Virus record (IMG/VR): IMGVR_UViG_3300045988_022742
Span: 1-37,380 of that record
Direction: 5' to 3' (one strand)
Source: a virus
DNA length: 37,380 nt
This document shows positions 15,583-25,135 of this stretch, in pieces (within the stretch, counting starts at the first letter, position 1; the number at the start of each line of letters is the position of its first letter). A program made the position numbers and the translations under genes. The notes under the pieces are model-generated. The model was not told the origin of the DNA, ran no database searches, and worked only from the letters and a program-made list of their open reading frames with translations.

Positions 15583-16764
15583 TTAGCCGATTCTAAGCCT
15601 ATCGTTGTGAACTCTGTCTCCCATTTCAGAACTGAAAGCTTTATACGTTGCATTTGCGTGTTTTAGCTTGATTTTGGCTTCTGTACTGCTTAATCCTTGA
15701 TTGTCCAATAAGATTACTTCTCTTTTTAGTGCTCTGATGTTTCTTTCTAATTCTCTTTGATACTGCCTAGCTTCATATCCTTCATATTTTTTCCCTTGGA
15801 ATGTGAAAGGCTTTGTATCAATATTCTTTAACTGCTCTTTTGTGTAGGCATAAGGCATATCAATATCCCATACAGGTTGTGCAAAGTGTCTACATCCATA
15901 ATCTTTTTCTTCTCCATGCGTCAACTGAAACAAGCTAGGATATAGTTTCCCTTGCGTGTCGTAGCGTTTACCTTGCCATTTCTTATGACTTGGACGTGCG
16001 TTTGCGTGAGCGTCAAACTCGAATACAGTAACTCCCAAATCTTTAGCGCATTTATTGTTAATTTCTTGTGATGATTCTTTTTCTGCGTATTGCATTTGTT
16101 GCCTTACCCATACATCCACATTTCTTTTCACGCCTGTATCATATTCCACAATCTTTACGCCACTATTTGCTAATTTAGAAATAGCTTTCCTACAAGAATC
16201 ATCAATTGTGCATTTACCACCTACTACATTTTTAACTTCTTCTTGAACTACCTTTGTAAAGAACACCGGTAGTTTATCTTTACCGATTGCATACGTATTT
16301 GCACTTGATTTGATATATTTCTTCCAACGCTTTGAAGTCTCGTCTTGTGGACTAATATATAAATCTATCTTGAGCTTCTTTTTGATAGACTTTCCACTTC
16401 CAACTTCAATTAAATCAAGTGTTCCTTGCTTATTTTCTTCTAAGTCTTTTTTCGATTCCTTAATTACATCTTTTTTAAAGATTTTCGATTCTTTTTTAAC
16501 AAATTTACGCAAATCAACAAGTGATTTTGCCAATATCTCATTAAATTTCGCATTTTCTTCGGTGCTTTTCTCTAAAACTTCACGAATTTTATTAGACACA
16601 AATATCATCATTCCTAATTCAAATACACTAGCACGCTTTACACTTTTTCTTTCTCTTTCTTCAAGCTTTCTTCTTTTCTCAATTTGCTTTTGTAGGCGTT
16701 CTTGTTTCCTTTCTTCTTGCCTTTTTTTACGTTCTTGTTCCCTTTGTTCTTCTTCGCTTAACAT
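15583..16764 (-). CDS. Minor capsid/head morphogenesis protein (Minor_capsid_2 / SPP1 gp7-like)
   Basis: The motif AHANARPSHKKWQGKRYD is typical of the family, from memory. SD is TAGGAGGGCATATA. Confidence 0.65.
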   Translation of the reverse strand: MLSEEEQREQERKKRQEERKQERLQKQIEKRRKLEERERKSVKRASVFELGMMIFVSNKIREVLEKSTEENAKFNEILAKSLVDLRKFVKKESKIFKKDVIKESKKDLEENKQGTLDLIEVGSGKSIKKKLKIDLYISPQDETSKRWKKYIKSSANTYAIGKDKLPVFFTKVVQEEVKNVVGGKCTIDDSCRKAISKLANSGVKIVEYDTGVKRNVDVWVRQQMQYAEKESSQEINNKCAKDLGVTVFEFDAHANARPSHKKWQGKRYDTQGKLYPSLFQLTHGEEKDYGCRHFAQPVWDIDMPYAYTKEQLKNIDTKPFTFQGKKYEGYEARQYQRELERNIRALKREVILLDNQGLSSTEAKIKLKHANATYKAFSSEMGDRVHNDRLRIG

Positions 16765-16778
16765 TATATGCCCTCCTA

Positions 16779-16803
16779 CATAAAAAGGGCTTAAATGCCC
16801 TTT
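16779..16803 (-). terminator. Rho-independent terminator closing the fibre module
   Basis: - strand reads AAAGGGC-ATTTAA-GCCCTTT followed by TTAT. Confidence 0.6.
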
Positions 16804-16819
16804 AAAACGCTTTTAAAGC

Positions 16820-16939
16820 TTATTTAATTAATTCTTTTCTCTGAGCTTCTGTAATCCATCCAATAGAAGCGAACATTTCTAAATTACTCTTTGTAAATAA
16901 GCCTAATTCATAATACGATTTGATTAATTCATAACTCAT
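16820..16939 (-). CDS. XkdX-family small phage protein (39 aa)
   Basis: Hand-translated MSYELIKSYYELGLFTKSNLEMFASIGWITEAQRKELIK. It matches the XkdX pattern (..yy..g.yt......g.IT). Confidence 0.7.
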   Translation of the reverse strand: MSYELIKSYYELGLFTKSNLEMFASIGWITEAQRKELIK

Positions 16940-16940
16940 A

Positions 16941-17288
16941 CTATTTCACCCCATTCAATTGAGCTTTTAATTGTGCAATTTGTAACATTAATTGTGCATT
17001 AATCTTATCTTGCTCAGTCGGTACTGCTTTTGGTTCTTCAATTGTTGGCTTTTCTGCATCTGCAACTTCAATCACTTTACCTTCTACAAATTTATAGTTA
17101 TATCTTCCGTGGTCGTCAACTAATTCTTTTTCTAGATATTGGCTTTGAGCATGAGCGTATTTGTCTCCTTGCCCTTGGTCAATCTCTGTCATAGTTGACA
17201 TTTCTTCTTGTGATAAAAAGATTTCTGAATTAATAGATGTGATGTATCCATCTTGTAAGGATACATATACTTTATATTCGTTGTTCAT
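16941..17288 (-). CDS. XkdW-position fibre-associated protein
   Basis: ORF track. SD is TAGGAGGAAGT. It lies between the RBP and XkdX. Confidence 0.5.
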   Translation of the reverse strand: MNNEYKVYVSLQDGYITSINSEIFLSQEEMSTMTEIDQGQGDKYAHAQSQYLEKELVDDHGRYNYKFVEGKVIEVADAEKPTIEEPKAVPTEQDKINAQLMLQIAQLKAQLNGVK

Positions 17289-17296
17289 ACTTCCTC

Positions 17297-18175
17297 CTAA
17301 TAGATTTCTGAGTCAAGTTCTATTTCTACTACTCCACTAAGTGAAAAAACTCCTGTCTTATTGGTATCAGTTGTTATTTCTATATGCGTGTTTCCTATAT
17401 CTCTATATGCGTTAATACCTAATACTTTTTCATCTGCCGAATCTGATAATATAAGTTTATTTGCATCACCATCTGTTGATATTTTAGCAGTTGGATTAGT
17501 TCGCATACATAAATATGGAATATTGAACTTAACTTGTTGTCCTATTTGTCCAACGGTTTCTGCACCTACATTTGCTTGATAATAAAAATAACGACACTTC
17601 ATCAATTCTTCCATATAGTTCGGAGCTACAAAAGGAGTTGCGATTGAGCCTTGTTCTAGTTTTGCCCATTCGATAGTTACTGATGTGCTAGCTTCTATAA
17701 ACATATTAAATTCTGATAAGTTGCTTAGCGTAACAGAATATATTCCTGCCGAAGTGATAGTCACTCTGTTGGTAGGATTTGTGAGATATGCTTTTCCATT
17801 GATGTTTGATACTTTAACAGATAAAGTAAAAACACCTTCTAGTTCTTTTTCAAATTTTTGTGATACCCATGAACCACTATTACCGGTAGATTGAATCATT
17901 AACCCATTATCTGATACTGATACCTTAGCACTCGAGACTCGCCATCTATCTACTGTATATTCAAAGCCACCACTAGTATAGCTTTCTTTTCCTTTCTGAT
18001 TAATTTTAAAATCCGGATTAATCAATAAATTCGGATTACTGAATTTATCTGCCATGTACATTGTAACATCTTCCATACTTGCTTTTTTTAGTCCATTTCC
18101 ATCATGAACTGCAATAATATTTGTATCTTTTAAAGCACTTGCTTTTGTTAAATCTGTGAATTGTTTTCCTGCTAT
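17297..18175 (-). CDS. Receptor-binding/tail fibre protein (292 aa from ATA at 18175)
   Basis: Motifs NLLINPDFKINQKG, DRW and WAKLEQGSIATPF...CRYFY are typical of Firmicute phage fibres. ATA lies 6 nt after AAAGGAGGT. The track's GTG (18199) has no SD. Confidence 0.7.
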   Translation of the reverse strand: MAGKQFTDLTKASALKDTNIIAVHDGNGLKKASMEDVTMYMADKFSNPNLLINPDFKINQKGKESYTSGGFEYTVDRWRVSSAKVSVSDNGLMIQSTGNSGSWVSQKFEKELEGVFTLSVKVSNINGKAYLTNPTNRVTITSAGIYSVTLSNLSEFNMFIEASTSVTIEWAKLEQGSIATPFVAPNYMEELMKCRYFYYQANVGAETVGQIGQQVKFNIPYLCMRTNPTAKISTDGDANKLILSDSADEKVLGINAYRDIGNTHIEITTDTNKTGVFSLSGVVEIELDSEIY

Positions 18176-18188
18176 TAGATTACCTCCT

Positions 18189-18959
18189 TTATTTAACACA
18201 ATACTTCCAATCTGCTAAGATTGTGTTTTCGTTCTCATCTACTACTTGTGTACTAGCGTCTACTAGCAATGGAGTGTAGAAATGATTGTTTAACATCATG
18301 AATTCTAGTTCTGTAATTCTATTTGCAAGTTTACCTGCCGTATCTCCATCTAGAATATCTTTAATTGTTGCGAACCATTCATTCCAAGCATTTCGATTGT
18401 TTTGCATTGCTTCTTCGTTTAGTTCTTTTGTTTCTTTAATTAATTCTTGAACTTGAGTAAATAAGTCCATTGATGTAACGCCTTGAATTGCTCCACGTAC
18501 TACGCCACATCTATTTGAATCAAGCCTTGTATCTGTAATATCTGAACCTTTTACCTCACTTGCGTTGCCTGCTACTGTTACAGTAGCTAACACTAAATCA
18601 TAAACAGAATCACTACGTTGAATTCCGTTGCTAATCTCATCAACAACTAAAGTGATGTTTCTATATGCGTCATTATCATTCAATCTAAGAATAATATTGT
18701 AGTTCTTTGTGTTACTTGATTTCTCTACTGTGATAGTTTCATCATCTTGTTGCCAATAGAACGCTCCATTGATATTCGCTCGTCCTGCTTTCACAATTAG
18801 TGTTAAGCCTTGAGCCTTCTCAACTCTTAAATGGTCTGAGCTAGAATCATCTAAGAACACGCCATTTGTAAAGTAGCTTGAGAATAATCTCCTAAAAGCG
18901 TCATATAATACTAATCTATCGCCATTTCTTGAGACGAATGGAAAATATGTAGTTGCTAT
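18189..18959 (-). CDS. Tail fibre/structural protein, XkdV-like N-terminal type (256 aa from ATA at 18959)
   Basis: The 33-codon in-frame extension FPFVSRNGDRLVLYDAFRRLFSSYFTNGVF matches the conserved N-terminus of this family (F.S..GDR.Y.a.df..yf..fi.nGVF). It has no canonical start. ATA overlaps the portal TAG. Confidence 0.7.
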   Translation of the reverse strand: MATTYFPFVSRNGDRLVLYDAFRRLFSSYFTNGVFLDDSSSDHLRVEKAQGLTLIVKAGRANINGAFYWQQDDETITVEKSSNTKNYNIILRLNDNDAYRNITLVVDEISNGIQRSDSVYDLVLATVTVAGNASEVKGSDITDTRLDSNRCGVVRGAIQGVTSMDLFTQVQELIKETKELNEEAMQNNRNAWNEWFATIKDILDGDTAGKLANRITELEFMMLNNHFYTPLLVDASTQVVDENENTILADWKYCVK

Positions 18960-20359
18960 TCTTCGTCATCCCCCTCTCCATCATCTTGAATTTCTTCATT
19001 TAATAATTCCGTAGCTTCTTCTTCAGTAAAGCCGTATTGCTTCATAAAGTACATAATCTTTAATCTTGGAATATCAAATGTTAATGCGTCGTTTCTTAAC
19101 GCTTGTGCAGTGCTTTGCTTATCCTCAATATATGTATCGTCATAATCAATTGCAATGTCTAATGAATTGATATTAAGCTTTCTGCCTTGTGTTAATTCAT
19201 AGAAGTATGCTATTGCTTGAATAATATCTTGAATATATGCAGTAGATTCTTTACGTTGTGAGTTTACTTCCTTCATTGCGTCTTGATTCTCACCAATGTA
19301 TTCTGTAGCCGTCACGATTCTTCCACTTTCAAAGGTGTATTTCTTTGTACCGAATCCAAACATCATTGATAAGATACTTAATGCAGTTTCTAACGATTGA
19401 ACAACTTCTGCCGTCCTTACTGTCGGATTATATTCTTGCCATAAAGCTTTTTCTTCCGGTAGCTTATCCCTACCTAACTGAACAAAAATCTTTTTCATTT
19501 GTGGATTCATCTTAATCTTTCCATTCTCGTCTTTTTGCATTAATGCTTCATTCACAAGAACAATCTTATCTGATTTCAACAAATCACGATTCCACATTGT
19601 CATTGTTAAATCGATTGTTTTCAATGGAGCAATTGCGCTCCAAATCTTCGGCAAGCCGTAACCTTGCATTTGTAAGTTGTTTACCTTTGCGTTTCTCATA
19701 ATTGCAAACGGCTTTACAACATCTAATTGAACAATCTGAGCACGGTCTTTTATTTCTTCGCCTGTATCTTTGAAATAATGCGTTTCTGCAATATATCTTT
19801 CGTCTTGCCCTTTTAAGAACATGACCATCACATATACTTTTTTCAACTTCTCATAATTTACTCCAACGAAAGCTACCTCAACGATTTCATCATTAATAAC
19901 AGTCAATGGAAGGATATTCATTGAATCACAATAATTGATTCTAATCTCCCCTCCACTGAATGTACCATCTTCATAAATCTCGGCATTTGATACCGTTACA
20001 TAAGCTCCTACTGTGCCGTTTGCAGACATTTGCTCAACTTGCTTCCTATACATAACATCAAATCTATTCTTCGTTAGAATGTCTGAAATAATGTCATTTG
20101 TTGTACTGTCCTCAGTTGCGTTTATATCTAGAATTTCAATTAGGTTTGCGTCATCCTCGCACAAACGTTTTGCAAAGTCTGTTTTATCTAGCGTGTATTC
20201 CTCGTTATTCAAGGTGTATGCCGTATGAAATTCTGTTTCGGTATTTGTATACCACTTATTACACAATTCAATAATCTCAATTGCGTTTGTATCTACATAA
20301 TACCCTCTTTCGTTAAGGTAGTTTTGAAACCACGGTCTACGTGTGTTAGATGTTTCTAT
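18956..20359 (-). CDS. Portal protein (SPP1 Gp6-like), 467 aa from ATA at 20359
   Basis: Size and position. A 31-codon in-frame extension precedes the track's TTG (20266). ATA lies 6 nt after GGAGG of AAGGAGGT and two codons after the in-frame TAA. Confidence 0.8.
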   Translation of the reverse strand: METSNTRRPWFQNYLNERGYYVDTNAIEIIELCNKWYTNTETEFHTAYTLNNEEYTLDKTDFAKRLCEDDANLIEILDINATEDSTTNDIISDILTKNRFDVMYRKQVEQMSANGTVGAYVTVSNAEIYEDGTFSGGEIRINYCDSMNILPLTVINDEIVEVAFVGVNYEKLKKVYVMVMFLKGQDERYIAETHYFKDTGEEIKDRAQIVQLDVVKPFAIMRNAKVNNLQMQGYGLPKIWSAIAPLKTIDLTMTMWNRDLLKSDKIVLVNEALMQKDENGKIKMNPQMKKIFVQLGRDKLPEEKALWQEYNPTVRTAEVVQSLETALSILSMMFGFGTKKYTFESGRIVTATEYIGENQDAMKEVNSQRKESTAYIQDIIQAIAYFYELTQGRKLNINSLDIAIDYDDTYIEDKQSTAQALRNDALTFDIPRLKIMYFMKQYGFTEEEATELLNEEIQDDGEGDDEE

Positions 20360-20362
20360 TTC

Positions 20363-21700
20363 TTACCTCCTTAAATCTATATATCCACTATGGGTTATAA
20401 ATGTATAGCAGAACGAATCCCAATCATCATTGATATTGTTTACGTTCTCATCTTTTGGGATATCTTTCTTTTCATCCCATACTAATTCGCTCAATGCGTT
20501 TATTAAGTTCTTACAATGTTCTTCTATCTTTAACCTACCTGTAACAAGTAAGCTATCAACCGTTATAGGGCGGTCTGTAAGCTCATTCTTCTTTACCGGT
20601 GCAATTATACTTCCGTCTAGCCCTTCTGCATAAAAATAAGCTCTAAGCGTGTTTATCAACGTATTAGAAGCACTGTCCGGAAATATCCATTCTACATATC
20701 CATAACATTCAACACAACGCTTATAGAATCTTACAAACGCTTTACAGAACTTTGTTGCGTCTATTGAGTTTGACTTTACCATATCTCCCTCATCAAGCGC
20801 CCACATATAATCCCAATCATTTGTAAACCCTGTTAAGTGCCATGAATACTTTGAACCATTGTCTCCAAAGTCAACGCCTATGATTAAATGACTGAACCTT
20901 TTTCCTTCTTCCTTCATCTTTTCTTTTAGACTCTGATATTTGAATAGGTAAGGTTTGCAGTCATTTGCAAAATAAGGAAAGACTAGACCTTCGGCAACCA
21001 TTCTTTCCCCTAAAATATCTCGCTTGTACCATACTGAATTCTTGTCATATTTGTTTTGGATTTCTTCGATTCTTTCTTGGCTCATTGTAGCATTGTCAAA
21101 GATGTTGAAGTGCTCATATCTGTACCAATCTAATCCCATGAATTTATCTATGTAATTCTTATAAATGTCTGCATTTGGGTTTGATGGGTTTAAATCCCAT
21201 AATGTAAATGGATGTACGCTTGCAATCTGTCTTGCCATTGCTACCTTAATAAAACTTGTTCTAGAATCATCACAATCGTAATGCTCATTTATTTCGGTCG
21301 CTATCCATCCACCATATGAGTTACCTAATATACTCTTATATGAATCGGACTTTCCACCACCTGTAAATATCACTATCTTTTCACCTGTCTTTGTTTGGAC
21401 AAATAATGCTTCGTTTGATTTGTATTTACCCCAACGACAACGCCCACGAAAGATATGCTCTAAGCCGAAACCATTGTAATCACCTATATTTAGTTTCGCA
21501 TTCGGTAAGCTTGACCCACTAGCTAAATGTATTTTATCTTCACATGTTTCTAAATACATTGAAAAGATTATGCAGTGGTCAATCGTTTTACCACTTCGTA
21601 CCGCTCCTTCTGCTACACTTTGTTTGTAATTTAGGGCGGTCTTAATATAGTTCTTATGCTTATCTGAAAATTTCCCCCAAGGAATCGTTCTAGTCATCAT
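20363..21700 (-). CDS. terL: Terminase large subunit (PBSX family)
   Basis: Walker-A-like AVRSGKT, size, and position before the portal gene. Confidence 0.85.
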   Translation of the reverse strand: MMTRTIPWGKFSDKHKNYIKTALNYKQSVAEGAVRSGKTIDHCIIFSMYLETCEDKIHLASGSSLPNAKLNIGDYNGFGLEHIFRGRCRWGKYKSNEALFVQTKTGEKIVIFTGGGKSDSYKSILGNSYGGWIATEINEHYDCDDSRTSFIKVAMARQIASVHPFTLWDLNPSNPNADIYKNYIDKFMGLDWYRYEHFNIFDNATMSQERIEEIQNKYDKNSVWYKRDILGERMVAEGLVFPYFANDCKPYLFKYQSLKEKMKEEGKRFSHLIIGVDFGDNGSKYSWHLTGFTNDWDYMWALDEGDMVKSNSIDATKFCKAFVRFYKRCVECYGYVEWIFPDSASNTLINTLRAYFYAEGLDGSIIAPVKKNELTDRPITVDSLLVTGRLKIEEHCKNLINALSELVWDEKKDIPKDENVNNINDDWDSFCYTFITHSGYIDLRR

Positions 21701-22062
21701 TTTAATAAATCTGCCAAAGGTGTTAAGTCCTCAATCTCATGTGTCATTGTTTGTTCAACCTTTTCGGACTGCCCAAGCATTTGTTTACCTAACCAAATAA
21801 GCATGGTCGTATTCCCTTTTGACGCTTTGTCAAATTGCATACGTCTTAAACTTCTTTTTGAGTGACTTATACCTTTTTTATATGTCTGACAAAACTTTCC
21901 ATTTCTTAATAATGTTCTTACCGAACATCCTAGAAAATCTGCAATTTCTTCTTGAGTACATCCAATAGAAGCAAGCTTTTCAACTGCTTCATAATCAATC
22001 TTTACTCTTGGACGTCCTCCTGCGTGTTTCTCTGCTATTTTAATACCCCCTATAACAATCAT
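21697..22062 (-). CDS. terS: Terminase small subunit (HTH). The start is either the ATG at 22062 (no SD) or the ATA at 22038 (7 nt after GGGGG).
   Basis: GGRPRVKIDYEAVEKLASIGCTQEEIADFLGCSVRT is a typical TerS HTH. ATGA overlap with terL. Confidence 0.75.
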   Translation of the reverse strand: MIVIGGIKIAEKHAGGRPRVKIDYEAVEKLASIGCTQEEIADFLGCSVRTLLRNGKFCQTYKKGISHSKRSLRRMQFDKASKGNTTMLIWLGKQMLGQSEKVEQTMTHEIEDLTPLADLLK

Positions 22063-22181
22063 ATTAATTCAACTGCTTTTTAAGCCTTTGTAATCTTTTT
22101 CTTAAATCTCTTTTTCTATATTCTGATGTCGTGTTTTCTAATTCTTCTTCAACGCTTTTCATTTGGCGTAAATGTTCTTCT

Positions 22182-23489
22182 CTAGACGTGTCTTGCTTCT
22201 TCTGTTTCAAGTTCTGTAATCTCCTCTGTTCTTTTTAAGAATGTTACTGAATTATCATATTCGTAAATGATGTCATTATTTTCATCAAATCCTACAGGCT
22301 TTAGAACCTTTTCAAAAATCTTGTAAGGTGATTGTCCTGCTTTTGGTGAATTCCATAAATAATGGAGATAATCTTTCATTGTCATTCCTTTGAATTTTGC
22401 TCTATTCTCTGATGAGTTAGTGTTGAACCCAATAGCTTTATTAAATTGAAAATCTAAGAAATACATATCCTTTTCAATATCTTTCCAATGTACTCTTCCA
22501 TGTTTCTTTGCAATTTGTAAAGCTCCACTAAAATTTCCTCTTGAGTAATCCCAATTCTTGTCTAATGCGCAACAACAACAGTTATTTGAGCATTCTTTAA
22601 AATGTGCGTCTGATACATAGAATCGCATTCCTAATTCATCACATAGATTTTTCATCTTTTGAATGTATTTAGCCTTTACTTTTCTATTCAGTCTTAAATA
22701 TCCACTTCCATTTGAATGTTTTCTATAAAAATCTACAATATCAAATCCTGCACATTCACTAATCACATCATAATGCTCCTTAGCTTGTTTAATAGAGCGC
22801 ATTTCTAAGCAAAAGAACTCCGTAGTAACTGCCGTTGCTCCTGCCTTTTTGGCTTCTCTAATTAAATCTAGATAGGTTTTATCTGATACCCCTACAATAA
22901 ACGGACGCAATCTTAAAGTTGCACCACCTTTTGATAGTTCAGTATATTTTTTCATTGCTTCAAGTCTTTTTCTTGGACTTGGCACACCTACTTCGATTTT
23001 TCTTGCGTCATCTTCATCTAGTGTGATGATACTAAACTTAACATTCCAATTATCTGCACCTTTGAATAATTCTTGATATTTAGGGTCGTTAAATACCCAT
23101 GCCGATTTCGTACTAAAACAGATAGGATAGTTAATAGATTTCAAATACTTAAGCATTTCATAGGTTTTGCCATATTTCTTTTCGTATCCGTCGAATTGGT
23201 CTGATAAACCACCATATTGAATAGGGCGTCTGTCTTTAATGTATTTATAGAATTGTGATTTTGTATCTTCTCCACTGAAAATCTTTTTGCATTTCTCAAC
23301 ATTGATACATTTCACATCTTTATTAAGATATGCTTCTTTACTTGCACCAATACCTCTTTGATATTGGCTAAAACAATAAACACATCCAAATGAACAGTTG
23401 GAATATGTATCAAATGTCACCGGTAATGAGCAATCTGCAATTTCTCCTGTCCATCTTGGTGATTGATATGTCTCACTAATTTTATTCAC
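22182..23489 (-). CDS. Radical SAM protein (SplB/COG1533-like)
   Basis: CX3CX2C motif CSFGCVYC near the N-terminus and an extra CCCC cluster. GTG start 6 nt after GGAGGA. Confidence 0.7.
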   Translation of the reverse strand: MNKISETYQSPRWTGEIADCSLPVTFDTYSNCSFGCVYCFSQYQRGIGASKEAYLNKDVKCINVEKCKKIFSGEDTKSQFYKYIKDRRPIQYGGLSDQFDGYEKKYGKTYEMLKYLKSINYPICFSTKSAWVFNDPKYQELFKGADNWNVKFSIITLDEDDARKIEVGVPSPRKRLEAMKKYTELSKGGATLRLRPFIVGVSDKTYLDLIREAKKAGATAVTTEFFCLEMRSIKQAKEHYDVISECAGFDIVDFYRKHSNGSGYLRLNRKVKAKYIQKMKNLCDELGMRFYVSDAHFKECSNNCCCCALDKNWDYSRGNFSGALQIAKKHGRVHWKDIEKDMYFLDFQFNKAIGFNTNSSENRAKFKGMTMKDYLHYLWNSPKAGQSPYKIFEKVLKPVGFDENNDIIYEYDNSVTFLKRTEEITELETEEARHV

Positions 23490-23490
23490 C

Positions 23491-24252
23491 TTATATCCTC
23501 CATTTCCTTTTCAACAATACTGTTCTATCTTTTTTTGTTACCATATCCGGATATTTCTTTACTAGGCGTCTAAGCCATAGTTCTTGTTCTCCTCTTTGGT
23601 ATCTGTCATACATTCCGCCTTTTTCCTTTCCCATGTAAGATTTATTTGGCACAATGTTATTTATTCTAGCTATGATATATCCTTGTCTAATCATTCTTAG
23701 ATTCAATTCATAATCCTCTAGCATATCCCATTTCTCATCAAATTTGATTTCTTCACTTTTAATAACAAAACACAATCCACCTTGTACGAGTGTATTGAAT
23801 GAATATGTTTCACCTTTCCTAACATAGCTAGCTATGTTCATATTATTGGTTGTGGGTAGACATCCCATGAAGTGAATATTGTTCTTTTGCATAAATGAGA
23901 ATACATCATTAAATGTCTTATCCAACTCAGTGATTTTTTTCTGCGCTCCGCATTTCTTTCCTTGCTTTTCTTCCCATTTCCTAAAATCTCTGATGTCATC
24001 ATCTAGTAAGATGATTTTTGCCCCATTTTCAAAATAATTTAGAATGTTATTTCTATTCGAAGCTACGTTATTTCCACGCCTAGTAATGATTTGAGCTTGA
24101 CTCCCTAATGCTTCAACATAAGTTTTGAAATCATTTGAATCATTTAAGCTAATAACAATTCTTTCATCTTCAATCCCACATTCTTTTAATGCGTGATACG
24201 TTTTACATTTTGGTCTATGGTAACTAGCTATTGCATAATAAATATCATTCAT
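23491..24252 (-). CDS. GT-A-fold glycosyltransferase-like protein
   Basis: N-terminal IASYHRP and a beta-strand plus DXD motif IILLDDDI. Translationally coupled to its neighbours. Confidence 0.45.
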   Translation of the reverse strand: MNDIYYAIASYHRPKCKTYHALKECGIEDERIVISLNDSNDFKTYVEALGSQAQIITRRGNNVASNRNNILNYFENGAKIILLDDDIRDFRKWEEKQGKKCGAQKKITELDKTFNDVFSFMQKNNIHFMGCLPTTNNMNIASYVRKGETYSFNTLVQGGLCFVIKSEEIKFDEKWDMLEDYELNLRMIRQGYIIARINNIVPNKSYMGKEKGGMYDRYQRGEQELWLRRLVKKYPDMVTKKDRTVLLKRKWRI

Positions 24253-24826
24253 GCATTAATTCCTCGACGTCGTAGCACACTTTTAATTCAGTTACCTGCA
24301 ATAGTTTCTCTAAGAATAGTTGTTCTTCCTCTGTTTCATATGTAATGATTACACGTTGCTTTTTTAGTATATCTTCTGAATGTTCGCTAAATGCGTCCAT
24401 AAGCTCATTATCATATCCTTCTGCGTCCATGTCCTCCGTTAATGCACTAATTTCAAAATCGCCAAATCCGAAATCTCTCATATCGATTCCGTCAATTTCT
24501 TCTAGCTCTTCCATTTCTGTTTTTAATGCGTCTAAATCCCAAGACGCTTTTTCTGCCGTTTTATTATCTGCAATTCTAAACGCCTTTACTTGCTCATCTG
24601 TTAAATCATCTGCAACCACGCAAGGAACAGTTTCTAAGCCTAATTCTTGACTAGCTTTATATCGTGTATGACCTGCAACAATCACTCCATTTTTATCAAT
24701 AACAATAGGGACTTTGAAACCGAATTCCTCAATAGAATTTTTAACAAATTTCACTGCTCCATCATTGATTCTAGGGTTATTCTCATAAGGTTTTAGCTCA
24801 TTTAATCTTTTTTCAACAATTTTCAT
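24245..24826 (-). CDS. ParB-like N-terminal (ParB/Srx) domain protein
   Basis: LKPYENNPRIND...VIVAGHTRYKASQELGLETVPCVV is a typical ParBc motif. Acidic C-terminus. Confidence 0.7.
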   Translation of the reverse strand: MKIVEKRLNELKPYENNPRINDGAVKFVKNSIEEFGFKVPIVIDKNGVIVAGHTRYKASQELGLETVPCVVADDLTDEQVKAFRIADNKTAEKASWDLDALKTEMEELEEIDGIDMRDFGFGDFEISALTEDMDAEGYDNELMDAFSEHSEDILKKQRVIITYETEEEQLFLEKLLQVTELKVCYDVEELMHE

Positions 24827-24846
24827 TATTCTCCCTCCTTTTAAAC

Positions 24847-25092
24847 TTATAGAGCGTCATTTACATTTAGACAAGTATTTGTATTCTTGATGTATTCATC
24901 AACGTATAATTCCTTTTTATCACCGTTATACGTTACCTCATAATAGTTATCTGTGCTTTGAGCACTAATTAATGCTTTATTGTTTTGAAGCACTTTAACC
25001 ATCCATACAACGAACATTTCACTGATTGCAATATTTGGGTTTACTTGAAATACTGCTTTCATTGCTAATTCTTGAAATTCTTTTGAACCCAT
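24847..25092 (-). CDS. Hypothetical 81-aa protein
   Basis: ORF track. SD is TAAGGAGGAGAAT. Confidence 0.65.
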   Translation of the reverse strand: MGSKEFQELAMKAVFQVNPNIAISEMFVVWMVKVLQNNKALISAQSTDNYYEVTYNGDKKELYVDEYIKNTNTCLNVNDAL

Positions 25093-25110
25093 ATTCTCCT
25101 CCTTATTATT

Positions 25111-25135
25111 AAAAGAACCGAGACAAACGCTCGGT
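25111..25135 (-). terminator. Rho-independent terminator ending the tRNA-like transcription unit
   Basis: - strand reads ACCGAG-CGTTTGT-CTCGGT followed by TCTTTT. Confidence 0.6.
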
